Shown: positions 48,385 to 58,620 of the stretch, piece by piece
Layout of the letters: each line of letters starts with the position of its first letter
Position numbering within the stretch: position 1 is the first letter of the stretch
Assembly (NCBI GenBank): GCA_005223125.1
Contig: NJBH01000010.1
Location: forward strand, 32,001-96,000
Direction of reading: 5' to 3'
Source of the DNA: Promethearchaeota archaeon Loki_b32
GTDB lineage: Archaea > Asgardarchaeota > Lokiarchaeia > Sigyniarchaeales > SOKP01
DNA length: 64,000 nucleotides
Position numbers and translations under genes: made by a program
The notes under the pieces: model-generated
The model's database searches: none
Seen by the model: only the letters and a program-made list of their open reading frames with translations
Told to the model about the DNA's origin: nothing

Positions 48385-50031
48385 TTAATCAGCTTTGAAA
48401 AATAATAACATATCTTTAATTTCGTTAGATATTATGAAATTAAGGTTATACTTGGTTTTGAGTAAGTTTTTTATTCCATAAATAGGATGATCTTTATAGA
48501 AATTAATATTTTCTTCATATTGATTAAAAAAAGTTTCAGGAATTAAAATTCCAAATTTTTTATATGACATATGATAAGATCGGATGTAATTCTCTGCTTT
48601 TAGCAAGCAATTTTTATATAAATTTTCTTTCATTTCAGTGGAACTGATTGCTTCATGTTGGCCCATTGGAAATGTATCTAAAAGTTCAAGAGGAATAATT
48701 CCGAAAAAATTAGAAAGAAAAACAATATGTATAGATTTACGTGGAATTATTTCAGTTCTATTTATTTCACCTAACCAATTATTTATTGATGGTGAAAATT
48801 TTCCTTTAATATCTAATTCAGGTAATATTATTAAATATTGAGCGTCTAATGGTGGCCGATAATTTGTACTTAATTTTTTAATATATCTGTGAATCAAGGG
48901 TCTACTTAAACTTTCGGAAGAAACAAAAAGCCGGCCACACTTTTTATATAATTTCTCATGGAACTCAAAAAAGTCAAGATTCTTCTTAACAATGTTAAAA
49001 GCTTTAACTAAATTCGGATGATTTCTAATTCTTTGGTCTACAAGTTCCCAGAGGTTTCCTTCTCTAATAGCCTGGCGAACAGTTTTTAATTCTGAGAAAG
49101 ATAAATACAAATTATGCTTTGCTAATAGTTGGGTTTTTAAATCATCCTCAAAAGCCTTAAGCTCATTAGGGGTGTATTTCATGCAAATAGGACAGTGACA
49201 TGGGAATTCAGTTAATTCTTCTATATTCTTTGTTCCTGTAGAAAGAGTGAAATACCGGTTTTTCTTAGCATAGAGGATATAGGCTGCGGAATCCATTAGA
49301 TCACATCCACAAGCGATTGCTAAAGAGAAAAATTGAGGTAATCCTAGACCAAACATATGAATAGGCTTATTTGGGATAATATTCTTTTTTACTGTTAGCA
49401 AAACTTCAAGAGTTAATTCAAATCTGTAATCAAGAAATGCTTTAACAAGCCCTCCTATTGCGTAGACTGCAAAATCTAAATGACTCATTTCAACTGCGCT
49501 TTTTTTTAATAAGTCTTTATACTTCCCTCCATGAACAGGTCCAAACCAGTTACAATTTGTATTTCTACGTCTTTCGATATTATCTTTAGCTCTTTTAAGA
49601 GTCTCATTTACTTTGAACATAGCTTGTTCATACGTATCATCAAGTTGAACTGGTAAATCTAAAATAACCGGGAAATCTGAATCAATTTTTTCTTGGAATG
49701 CTTCGATATCAGCAGGATTAATAACCATTTCTTTATTATTATACATATATTGCTGAAATGCGCCGCTATCAGTTGCTATTAATCCATCAAAGTTCAAAAA
49801 TTCATGAATACCTTTATTTAAAACTATTTCCCTTTTACTTCGGTTCTGATAAATAATATAAGCATTTGTAAAAACTGCTTGAGCACCTATCTCTTTTAAA
49901 TCTACCATAGGTAGCAAATTTTTATAAGGATGGATGACAGGAAACATATTTGGTGTGATCATCTCTTTTCCATTAATATTTATCTTACCAATTCTCCCCA
50001 TTGCATCTACATCTTGTACCTCAAAATTCAA
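48385..50031 (-). CDS. tgtA: Archaeosine tRNA-guanine(15) transglycosylase, no obvious C-terminal PUA domain
   Basis: TDSGAFQ, HMFGLG, GCDLMDSAAY, CHCPIC Zn site, HNLY. Confidence 0.92.
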   Translation of the reverse strand: MNFEVQDVDAMGRIGKININGKEMITPNMFPVIHPYKNLLPMVDLKEIGAQAVFTNAYIIYQNRSKREIVLNKGIHEFLNFDGLIATDSGAFQQYMYNNKEMVINPADIEAFQEKIDSDFPVILDLPVQLDDTYEQAMFKVNETLKRAKDNIERRRNTNCNWFGPVHGGKYKDLLKKSAVEMSHLDFAVYAIGGLVKAFLDYRFELTLEVLLTVKKNIIPNKPIHMFGLGLPQFFSLAIACGCDLMDSAAYILYAKKNRYFTLSTGTKNIEELTEFPCHCPICMKYTPNELKAFEDDLKTQLLAKHNLYLSFSELKTVRQAIREGNLWELVDQRIRNHPNLVKAFNIVKKNLDFFEFHEKLYKKCGRLFVSSESLSRPLIHRYIKKLSTNYRPPLDAQYLIILPELDIKGKFSPSINNWLGEINRTEIIPRKSIHIVFLSNFFGIIPLELLDTFPMGQHEAISSTEMKENLYKNCLLKAENYIRSYHMSYKKFGILIPETFFNQYEENINFYKDHPIYGIKNLLKTKYNLNFIISNEIKDMLLFFKAD

Positions 50032-50621
50032 TCGAAAAAATCACCTATTTTATCTTTCTGAAATAATTCTTCTAGCCAATCAATCTTACCTAGTATTAGA
50101 TCATCATCAATTTTATTTCCATTAATAATTTTTATAATTTTTTCTGAAATCTCATTAAAAGAAGAAGTACTCGTATCAATTTCATAAATTGGAATGGATA
50201 AGCTTTTTTGAAGTAAATAGTTGGCACAATTTCCTAAGATTTCGCTCTGGACATTTTCAATTATTTTTTCTTTGAGATAACCTCGACTTTCTAATCTTTT
50301 CATTAATTCATAGGGTTCGCATCTTAATAAGATAGTAATGTCAAAATATTCATTAGGGATTATATCAGCAAAATGTCCTTCAATTATAAGAATTGATTCA
50401 CTTGATTGTTGAAAATTTTTAATTAATTCGATAATATATTGAATTAATTTATCTGTATCAATGACTTGTGTTTCTCTCTTCTTATCATATTTAGTTATGT
50501 ATTCATCTGAAAGTGCCATTTGGTTTAAAGAGATTACTTGAGCATTATTTATTTCCGATACCATTTTAGAGATTGTAGTCTTTCCAGTTCCCGGCGTCCC
50601 AGATATTATAACTATTTTCAT
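50028..50621 (-). CDS. Adenylate kinase AK6/Fap7 family
   Basis: GTPGTGKTT, IIEGH, LRC..RL..RGY...KI.ENVQSE. Confidence 0.9.
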   Translation of the reverse strand: MKIVIISGTPGTGKTTISKMVSEINNAQVISLNQMALSDEYITKYDKKRETQVIDTDKLIQYIIELIKNFQQSSESILIIEGHFADIIPNEYFDITILLRCEPYELMKRLESRGYLKEKIIENVQSEILGNCANYLLQKSLSIPIYEIDTSTSSFNEISEKIIKIINGNKIDDDLILGKIDWLEELFQKDKIGDFFD

Positions 50622-50699
50622 CTATAATTATTAATAAAGAGATTTGGTTAAAAAATTAATGGAAGTAATGGGAATACAGAAAGATTAAAAAAAAAATAA

Positions 50700-50816
50700 T
50701 GGGAAAGGGGGGCTTCGAACCCCCGACCTCACGGTTATCAGCCGTGCGCTATACCAGGCTAAGCCACTGAAGAGATGCTTCGAATATAAGAATCCACTCT
50801 CCCAAGCCGCTTTCCC
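50700..50816 (-). tRNA. tRNA-Ile(GAT) with 43-nt intron near the acceptor/D-stem junction (about 50767-50809)
   Basis: Acceptor GGGAAAG/CTTTCCC-A, anticodon arm CACGG-CTGATAA-CCGTG, T arm GGGGG-TTCGAAG-CCCCC; the 5' acceptor strand is separated from TGGCTTAGCCTGG by 43 nt. Confidence 0.88.
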
Positions 50817-50991
50817 ATTCAAGGATTAGTAGTAAATTCAATAATTCTTTATTTTTTAGAAACTGAAATAGTTACTATCAAAGTATAATTTGATCGAATA
50901 ATTTAAATAATATATACCTAAAAAAATTTTTGAGTATTTAAAATAAATAGTTTAAAGGAGCATTTTATAATTAATTAACATAAGAAGAAAA

Positions 50992-51423
50992 ATGCCAAAA
51001 ATTTTAAATTACTCGATTGTAGGGCTTGAGGATTACACAATTAGTTTTGAAAGTTATTGTTCTTTATGTGATATTCAACAGTTTTGTAAATACGGGAAAA
51101 AGGAACCTTTTTCGATTAAAATTAGTTGTGGTGATTTAAATAGAGCTAAGGAAAAGGTAAAATTTGACCAGCTTCAAAGATTACAAAAAACTGAAGATGT
51201 TTCAGTTCCATACGAGGAATTAATTAAAAAAGTGAAAATAAATTTGACAAATATTATTTCTCAAATATGGAAAAGCAAAATTAAAGCGCATAAAGAAGAG
51301 ATTAGATGTCTAGACACTCGTAAACTAGATCCAATCTTAGTAAGTCAGCAAGGTCAAGACTGGTGGCCAGACTTTAACGCTACAATGAAAGTTATTAATG
51401 AAGAATGTGAAAAAATTTCTTAG
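50992..51423 (+). CDS. Hypothetical protein with Cys cluster
   Basis: CSLC....C and further Cys; 143 aa. Confidence 0.65.
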   Translation: MPKILNYSIVGLEDYTISFESYCSLCDIQQFCKYGKKEPFSIKISCGDLNRAKEKVKFDQLQRLQKTEDVSVPYEELIKKVKINLTNIISQIWKSKIKAHKEEIRCLDTRKLDPILVSQQGQDWWPDFNATMKVINEECEKIS

Positions 51424-51477
51424 TACGATTTAAGATTTTGTAGACTTTAAATACGCAATATTAAATTATATTGTGTT

Positions 51478-52110
51478 ATGGTTCTTTTTGGCCTGATTAA
51501 TAAGAATTTTCTATCAGCAGAGGATATACTTAATGATATAATTAGAGGGTTGGAAAACTGGTGTATCGCTTTTAATAATTTCTTTCTAATTTTTTGTAAA
51601 TACCTGAAATACATTTTTGTTTTTATAATTTTATCTATTGGAATATTAACCTTATTAAGATTAAGGGGTGTGTATCGGCAATCTAGATTAACCAGTTCAG
51701 AAAATAAAGAAGATTTATTTATGAAACCAAGATTAATCCTAGGGTGCTCTTATATTGTTTTAGCATTTGGAATTTTATTTAATTATCTTACCTATTTCTT
51801 CATTTGGTTGCTCGATCCACTTCCAGATAGGCTAATTTATAATTTCATTTCGTTTAGTGGGATTGATCCTTATTATCTTAATGGAATTATTGATATTAGT
51901 ATGTCACAATATGCTCATGAAAAAACGATATATTATTGTTTCTCTTTTGGTTCTTTATTGGCATTATTACAAGTCCTGTTAAGTTTATGGTATCTAATTA
52001 ATAACAATCGTTTAATTACAAATCCAAGTAAAGCTGTAGGATTTTTAATTTCGGGTGTTATGGAAGGAATTCTATTTGGATTCAATACATGTCTTCCATT
52101 TTTTCTATGA
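51478..52110 (+). CDS. Hypothetical membrane protein
   Basis: About four TM segments. Confidence 0.65.
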   Translation: MVLFGLINKNFLSAEDILNDIIRGLENWCIAFNNFFLIFCKYLKYIFVFIILSIGILTLLRLRGVYRQSRLTSSENKEDLFMKPRLILGCSYIVLAFGILFNYLTYFFIWLLDPLPDRLIYNFISFSGIDPYYLNGIIDISMSQYAHEKTIYYCFSFGSLLALLQVLLSLWYLINNNRLITNPSKAVGFLISGVMEGILFGFNTCLPFFL

Positions 52111-52361
52111 TAATAGCATTTAAAAAAAATCAAGTTTTATTATCTATATGGTGTCACATCTTGAGCGAAACATTTATATATTATACTTGTTTTTTAATGT
52201 TTGCATCAGAAGAATATATTAGTCATTTTCAGTCACAAAATATTTACTTAGTATTTGTAACAATATTTTTTTCGACACACGGGTTAATTGTCGCTTAGAA
52301 ATATTCATTAGTAAGAGAATTGGTATATTTATAATTTTAAAAATAATATAGGGTTAGTATT

Positions 52362-53249
52362 ATGGAAGTTGAATCAGATTTAAGTAATTTTTCAAATTTA
52401 TGCCCAGAATGTGGGGGCAAGATTATTTTACTTCATGAGAAGGGAGAAACAGTATGTGGGCAGTGTGGTTTAGTAATAAGTGAGCGAATTGTAGATATTT
52501 CCCATAGTGGTAAAAGAGCTTTTACAAAACAAGAAAAAGAAAGTAGAGAAAGAACAGGTTCTCCAATTTCAATATTATTACCTGATATGGGATTAAGTAC
52601 AATTATTGATAAAGCTAATATTAAAAGCCCCGATTTGAAAAGAGCAGCAAAATGGAATTCTCGGATGACGTGGGACAAACGCAATATGTTAATTGCTACA
52701 ACCGAATTAAAGAGGATAGGAAGTAATATGAACCTGCCAAATCATGTGAAAAAAGCAGCTATACGACTATATATAGAAGCTTTCAAAAAGAAATTGCTTC
52801 GTGGTCGATCTATTAATGGAATGGTTGCTGCCTGTTTATATTTTGCCTGTAGAGAAAGAAAAATCCCACGAACGTTACAAGAGATTCTAGACCAAACCTC
52901 GATTAGTGCTAAAAATGTTAGACGCTGTTATAGGACTCTAATAAGAGAATTAAATTTAAAAGCACCTTCAACAGATCCTATTTCTCTTATTCCAAGATTT
53001 ATAGCAGATTTGGATTTAGATGCAGATGCAGAAAATGCAACTATAAAGATTTTACATAGTTTTACTTCAAAATATTCCACAAGTGGGAAAGATCCAAAAG
53101 GTCTATGTGCAGGAGCATTGTACTTAGTTTGTAAAAAGAAAGACAAAAAAATATCACAAAAAGATATCGCAAACCTAGTAGGAGTAACTGAAGTAACTCT
53201 TCGCTCAAGATACAAAGAACTTGTAAAAATGTTAAATATTATGGTATAA
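52362..53249 (+). CDS. tfb: Transcription initiation factor IIB
   Basis: Zn ribbon CPECG...CGQCG, two cyclin repeats, RGRS, GKDPKG, VTEVTLRSRYKE. Confidence 0.95.
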   Translation: MEVESDLSNFSNLCPECGGKIILLHEKGETVCGQCGLVISERIVDISHSGKRAFTKQEKESRERTGSPISILLPDMGLSTIIDKANIKSPDLKRAAKWNSRMTWDKRNMLIATTELKRIGSNMNLPNHVKKAAIRLYIEAFKKKLLRGRSINGMVAACLYFACRERKIPRTLQEILDQTSISAKNVRRCYRTLIRELNLKAPSTDPISLIPRFIADLDLDADAENATIKILHSFTSKYSTSGKDPKGLCAGALYLVCKKKDKKISQKDIANLVGVTEVTLRSRYKELVKMLNIMV

Positions 53250-53270
53250 TTAATAATTTAATTTTTTTTT

Positions 53271-53852
53271 TTAATCTTCTTTTTTTATCATTAATCTGAT
53301 AAAATCTGGTAATGTTAGTAAATAACTTTGGGCATTTGGTAATTGATCTTTAATTTTGATAAAGAGTTGAGAATAATTTTCAGCTTTTTCCTTTTGTTTT
53401 AGTACATCATTACGTGTTTGTTCTCTTACCGGTTCAACAGGTATTCCTCTCATTACCGCTCGAGCAGGAATAGTTAATCCCGGGGGAACCTGACTTTGAT
53501 TTAGAATAAGTGACCCTTCTCCAATAGAAGCTTCTTCATAAATTAATGAGCCTTCTTTTACTTGAACATAGTCTTCTAAAAAGCATCCTAAAAGTGTAAC
53601 TCCTGACTCAATAATACAATATCTCCCAATATTTATAGAACTCTTTTGTGAACGTGTAAATAAGATAACTCCATCAAAAACGGTGGTAAATTCTCCAATA
53701 TTTATCGATGAATTTTCTGCACGAATGATTGATCCCGGCCAAATTATAACATTATCGTTAATGCGAATATCTCCTATTAGAGTTGCCATTGGTGAGACAT
53801 AACTATTTTGACTTATTTGTGGTTTCTTACCGTTATATTCCATTATAGGCAT
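53271..53852 (-). CDS. Gamma-carbonic anhydrase-like left-handed beta-helix protein lacking metal ligands
   Basis: ATLIGDI.I.D...WPGSIIRAE, hexapeptide repeats; the protein contains no His. Confidence 0.8.
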   Translation of the reverse strand: MPIMEYNGKKPQISQNSYVSPMATLIGDIRINDNVIIWPGSIIRAENSSINIGEFTTVFDGVILFTRSQKSSINIGRYCIIESGVTLLGCFLEDYVQVKEGSLIYEEASIGEGSLILNQSQVPPGLTIPARAVMRGIPVEPVREQTRNDVLKQKEKAENYSQLFIKIKDQLPNAQSYLLTLPDFIRLMIKKED

Positions 53853-53948
53853 ATTAATCTCACTTGTTTTTTTTATAAAAAGTAATTAAAATTATTGTTT
53901 TCTTAATTCAAATTATATCTGAAAAAATTTAAACTTTTATTAACCTAC

Positions 53949-54764
53949 TTAGATGTAAGTTTTTAAAGGATTCTTGGATTCAAATAATATGAAGTCAACG
54001 TCAGAAAACTCTAAACTCAAGAGATTACATAATTGTTTCACCGCTAGTATTTCATTCTTATAACGAGATATTTCTATTAAATTGAATCCTATATCTCTAG
54101 CAAAAACGGCATCAAAATAATTAATTTTTCCTGAAATATAACAATCACACATTATCTTCAAGGCTTTCTTAATATAATTTGTTTTTGATATGTCTCCACC
54201 AATAACACATATTTTTTTTATTGGTTTTTTTAGATCTCCAACATATGGAACGTGTGTTAAACCTAAATTTGTTTTTATCCGGTTTATTAAATCTTCTAAT
54301 GTGAAGGGTTGTTTCTTATTTAAGTATTTTATTGGAGAGCATATTCTTCCAATGGGTATTTTTTTTCCTTCTTTATTTTTTATATCAAATGTGGTTTCTA
54401 TTTTTAAATATAAAGCATTTACAATTGTATCTGAAATGCCTCCTTCTGCTGCTATAAAGGAGGAATTTAATACAAATATAGAAATTGGATATTTAGAGAG
54501 CAAGAATAACTTATTTATTATGTTTTGATCAAATTTTTTTATTGGTTTGTTAATTAAACTGTGATTTGATATTATTAAATTGACTTTATGTTTTAATCCA
54601 AAATGTATTGCTTCCAAACTTAAGTCTAATGTTAACATTACTTTTTTGATTAATTTATTATTCCCACTCTTGTCATAATACAATCCATATGTCTCGGAAT
54701 TTATTCTAAATTCTCTAGGAGATAATTTATTTGTTAATATCGCTGTTAATTCTTGAAGTAACAT
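53949..54764 (-). CDS. Nif3/DUF34-like protein, degenerate metal site
   Basis: IKKVMLTLDL, NLIISNH, IGRI, IKKICVIGG, CDCYISG. Confidence 0.8.
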   Translation of the reverse strand: MLLQELTAILTNKLSPREFRINSETYGLYYDKSGNNKLIKKVMLTLDLSLEAIHFGLKHKVNLIISNHSLINKPIKKFDQNIINKLFLLSKYPISIFVLNSSFIAAEGGISDTIVNALYLKIETTFDIKNKEGKKIPIGRICSPIKYLNKKQPFTLEDLINRIKTNLGLTHVPYVGDLKKPIKKICVIGGDISKTNYIKKALKIMCDCYISGKINYFDAVFARDIGFNLIEISRYKNEILAVKQLCNLLSLEFSDVDFILFESKNPLKTYI

Positions 54765-54905
54765 TTCAATATCTCCATAAAAGCACTAATATGAAAAATT
54801 AGTCTAGTTTAATATGATAAAACTGAGTAAAGATTTTTTAATTTGAAATTAAAATATTTATATTAAATCTACTAATATCTTTAAATCAAAACGGGTCTAA
54901 AACAT

Positions 54906-55319
54906 ATGAAAGAAAAAGATTGTATTTTTTGTAAATTAACTGAAAGAGAGATTCCTTCTCAAATTATTTTTGAAAATGAGTTAGACATTGCTTTTTTAGA
55001 TATTTTTCCCATTTCTGAGGGACATACTATAGTCATACCAAAAAAACATTATTCAAATTTAGAATATATACCTGATTATGAACTTACTGAATTGTTTAAA
55101 GTTGTAAAGAAATTGGCTATAATGATACATAAAAAATTAAAAATTGATGGATATAATATACTTCAAAATAATTTTACTGCTGCTGGACAGGTCATAAACC
55201 ATTTTCATGTTCATATAATTCCAAGAAACTTCGATGATGAAAAATTTCGTATAAAAATACCAGGAAATCAATCTTCTGAAGAAGAACTCAATAAAATCTA
55301 CAGAATCTTAAAATCTTAA
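54906..55319 (+). CDS. HIT family hydrolase
   Basis: CIFC, GHTIVIPK, HFHVHIIPR. Confidence 0.95.
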   Translation: MKEKDCIFCKLTEREIPSQIIFENELDIAFLDIFPISEGHTIVIPKKHYSNLEYIPDYELTELFKVVKKLAIMIHKKLKIDGYNILQNNFTAAGQVINHFHVHIIPRNFDDEKFRIKIPGNQSSEEELNKIYRILKS

Positions 55320-55391
55320 AATATTGCCAAAATTTTAAGTTCGTTTAATAAACGTTTAGTTTAAAAAGAAAATTTGAGAACTATAATCGAG

Positions 55392-55592
55392 ATGAGTTTT
55401 AAAAGTTTTATTAAAAAGTTTCGATCGAAGACAAAGGAATTCTTCAGAGATGAATATGGTGGTAATCTTGTTGAATATGCCCTATTAATTGGATTTGCTT
55501 TATTTGTTTTTTTTATTATTATTAGTGTTGTTACTTCAATGTTGGATTGGACAGTAGGGTTATCAGATGATTTTCTTGAATTATTCAAGTGA
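55392..55592 (+). CDS. Flp-type (class III signal peptide) pilin-like protein
   Basis: FFRDEYG|GNLVEYALLI Flp motif followed by a hydrophobic helix; ATG 55392. Confidence 0.7.
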   Translation: MSFKSFIKKFRSKTKEFFRDEYGGNLVEYALLIGFALFVFFIIISVVTSMLDWTVGLSDDFLELFK

Positions 55593-55627
55593 TCTTATAA
55601 AAAACGTTAAAATAATAAAGCTAAATT

Positions 55628-55999
55628 TTACTTATTTTTAATGATTTTATTATCAACAAACATAAAATCATATTTTTCACCCCATTCATCAAGACGATTT
55701 ATTACAAATTCATTATCTAGTTTTAAATGCTCCACAAAAATGTTAAATGGTATCCTATCTGATCTTTTCAAATATTTTCTTATTCTAGTATCAAGATCAG
55801 ATTTTTCAGGTGGTTTTTCTTTTCTTTTCCTAGCTCGTAACTTCTTGAGGAGAGGATCATTTTTACTGTCGTTAAAAAAATATTCTACTATATTACTGAT
55901 TACTTGAGCTTTTGTAGCCCCAAAAACATCTACTAATTCATCTATTAAACTCATATAGCTTTTATTAAGAGTAACTGTCGTTCTTGTAGTATCAGTCAT
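55628..55999 (-). CDS. Ribbon-helix-helix-like DNA-binding protein
   Basis: RTTVTLN...LIDELV..FG.TKAQVI N-terminal RHH pattern. Confidence 0.65.
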   Translation of the reverse strand: MTDTTRTTVTLNKSYMSLIDELVDVFGATKAQVISNIVEYFFNDSKNDPLLKKLRARKRKEKPPEKSDLDTRIRKYLKRSDRIPFNIFVEHLKLDNEFVINRLDEWGEKYDFMFVDNKIIKNK

Positions 56000-56207
56000 A
56001 TTATGGGTGAAAAAGTAATTCTATAATATTTATAAAAAAATTTCCATTTTTAAACTTTATGCTGATTGATGTTAATAATGCATAAATAAGCATCATTTAT
56101 ATATAACTTGAATTTATTAGATCATAAGAATAAAATTTTTCACTATAGGAATTAAAAAGTCGAAAAATTGTCGTGTTTAAATGTAATTAAGTGTGGAGGA
56201 ATAAAAT

Positions 56208-56462
56208 ATGGCAAATAAATCAACAACTGAAAATTATCCTGGCCAAAAAGAATATTTATCACCAATTCAATTTAATTTAATTAAAGCATTAAAAGAAGTT
56301 GGTCCATTAACTCGGAGAGATTTGGTGAAGGAACTAAGGACTCCAAGAACGACCATATATGACAACCTAATGAAACTCCAAAAAAGAAAATTAATCGAAA
56401 AATTTTCTCGTAATAATGGAAAAAGAGGACGACCCGTTGTTTTATGGAAATTTAAATCTTAA
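56208..56462 (+). CDS. Winged-HTH transcription regulator (TrmB-like)
   Basis: GPLTRRDLVKEL..PRTTIYDNL..L....LI...GRP; GGAGGA RBS. Confidence 0.85.
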   Translation: MANKSTTENYPGQKEYLSPIQFNLIKALKEVGPLTRRDLVKELRTPRTTIYDNLMKLQKRKLIEKFSRNNGKRGRPVVLWKFKS

Positions 56463-56787
56463 ACCATTTTTTTAATTTTTTATCTTTAAGTTATTAACAA
56501 AATCAAACAGTTAATAAATTTTTAATAATAATATATACTCTTAAATTTCCATTGCAAATTTTATTTTAGAATAATATACTTTAATATATTCTTATAAATT
56601 TTAGAATAGGGCCCAATAAATAATAATTAGAATATATATAAATAATTCTATTTACATTTTAATAAACGTTATTTTACAAATTAAATTTATAATCGCGAAA
56701 TCATAATTACTCCAATCGAAATTAAGGAGTCTAAAAAATATTTTAATCATTATAAAATAATTTTACCTAATTTTGAAAACAAAATTA

Positions 56788-58620
56788 TTATTTTGGAATA
56801 TAATAGTACTCATTTATTCTTTTTTGGTATATGTCTTTATTACTTCCCAATTTATTTACTCGTGGTCTCTTAGTAGCTGTATCTCTTCTAAATGTTATTT
56901 CCATCATTTTAAGAAACAAATTAAAACCATCCCTTAAATTTTGAGGAGGTATAGCCTTACCTTTTAGACCAGGAATTCCTTCAAAAACTAATATTGAATC
57001 AGCAATGAAATCTTGTGTTATAATATCATGTTCAACTACAAAACTGGCTTTCTTTAACTCTTCAATAGATTTTCTTATTAATTGAGCAACTTGTAACCTC
57101 ATTTCAACGTCTAGAAATGCTGAAGGCTCATCTAATAAATATAAATCGGCTTCTTTTGAAAGACATCTAGCTATTGCGACTCTTTGTAATTCTCCACCAC
57201 TTAATTCAGAAATTTTTCTTTCTCTTATATGCTCTAGATTTAAATTATTAATAAGTCTTTTTTTGTATGATTGACTCAAATGGGGGGCTAATTTTATTTG
57301 CGTTATGAGATCAGATACTAATCCTTCCTCCTCAATTTTAATATATTGAGCTTTTACAGACACATTTAATTTTCGAGTATTTTCACTATCAGTTTCGTTA
57401 TTCTCAACATTGAAGTTAGGAGATTCAGTTTTTAATTTTTCTGAGATGGAATTTATAAATGTAGTTTTTCCGATTCCATTTGGTCCAAAAATTCCAATAA
57501 TCTCACCAGCATGAATTTCACTCCCAGACGCAGTTAATTTAAAGTTTCCAAAAGAAACTTCGATATCATCATAAGAAAATACCACATCTCCAGAATCAAA
57601 TGGTGAATTTTGGGGCGGATGTTCATGAAATGTTATAGGAACCTCCCTAAATCTTACGTTTTCATCCTTAATATATCCGTTTAAATAGATATTTATCCCA
57701 ACTCTAACACCTTGAGGATGAGATACTATACCATAAACACTAGGCTGTCCATATAAAATCGATACATAATCACTTAAATAATCTAAAATCGCTAAATCAT
57801 GTTCAACTACTATAATTGTTTTATTCTTCTCTGATAACGTCCGAATTAATTTTGCCATATTGATTCTCTCGCTTACATCCAAGTATGAACTTGGTTCATC
57901 AAATAGATATACATCTCCGTCTTTAAGATAAGCAGCAGCAATAGCAACTCTCTGCAACTCACCACCAGATAATACTGAAATTTCTCTTTCTAATATTTTC
58001 GTAAGATTTAATTCCGCAGAAATATGATCTAACTGGTCTATGGCATCATTTTTACTTAAAAGATCAATTACTTTTCCCGATACAAATTTTGGGATTATAG
58101 CAATATTTTGAGGTTTATGAACTATCTTAGATTTGTTTTCATTAAGATCAATAAAATATTGATGTAGCTCAGAACCTTTATAGTGCTTAATTATTTCTTT
58201 CCAATTTGGTGTAGCTTCTTCAAATCTGCCAAAATTTATTTTTAATTCATTTGAAAGTAATTTTAATAATGTACTCTTTCCAATTCCATTTGGCCCAATT
58301 AACCCAAGAACTTTTCCTTTTTTAGGGATTGCCATTCGAAATAATGAAAACTGATCTTTACCATAGCGATATGAAATTTGATTTTCTAAAGGATCAGGTA
58401 AATTTACAATACTAATTGCATTAAAAGGACATTTTTTAATACATATCCCTTCTCCAGAACATAAATTTTCAGTAATTATTACAAATTTATCATCAGGACT
58501 TAAAACTATGGTTTTATCACCCGTTCTCACTCTTGGGCAATACTTTATACATGGTTTTTCTCCAAATGGACTACATTTATCTGGTTTACAAAAATCCCTA
58601 TTTAAAACAGCAATCCTCAT
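56788..58620 (-). CDS. rli: Ribosome recycling ATPase ABCE1/RLI
   Basis: N-terminal Fe-S domain, two NBDs (GPNGIGKS/T, LSGGELQR, DEPS), RPRVNK..S.KD..QK. Confidence 0.96.
   Translation of the reverse strand: MRIAVLNRDFCKPDKCSPFGEKPCIKYCPRVRTGDKTIVLSPDDKFVIITENLCSGEGICIKKCPFNAISIVNLPDPLENQISYRYGKDQFSLFRMAIPKKGKVLGLIGPNGIGKSTLLKLLSNELKINFGRFEEATPNWKEIIKHYKGSELHQYFIDLNENKSKIVHKPQNIAIIPKFVSGKVIDLLSKNDAIDQLDHISAELNLTKILEREISVLSGGELQRVAIAAAYLKDGDVYLFDEPSSYLDVSERINMAKLIRTLSEKNKTIIVVEHDLAILDYLSDYVSILYGQPSVYGIVSHPQGVRVGINIYLNGYIKDENVRFREVPITFHEHPPQNSPFDSGDVVFSYDDIEVSFGNFKLTASGSEIHAGEIIGIFGPNGIGKTTFINSISEKLKTESPNFNVENNETDSENTRKLNVSVKAQYIKIEEEGLVSDLITQIKLAPHLSQSYKKRLINNLNLEHIRERKISELSGGELQRVAIARCLSKEADLYLLDEPSAFLDVEMRLQVAQLIRKSIEELKKASFVVEHDIITQDFIADSILVFEGIPGLKGKAIPPQNLRDGFNLFLKMMEITFRRDTATKRPRVNKLGSNKDIYQKRINEYYYIPK

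Noticed and set aside
46732-50816. tRNA-anchored integrated element
   Set aside because: No integrase or duplicated tRNA 3' end; the intervening genes are housekeeping
52089-52298. 69-aa ORF upstream of tfb
   Set aside because: No motif or RBS and it overlaps the upstream gene; more likely promoter/UTR sequence
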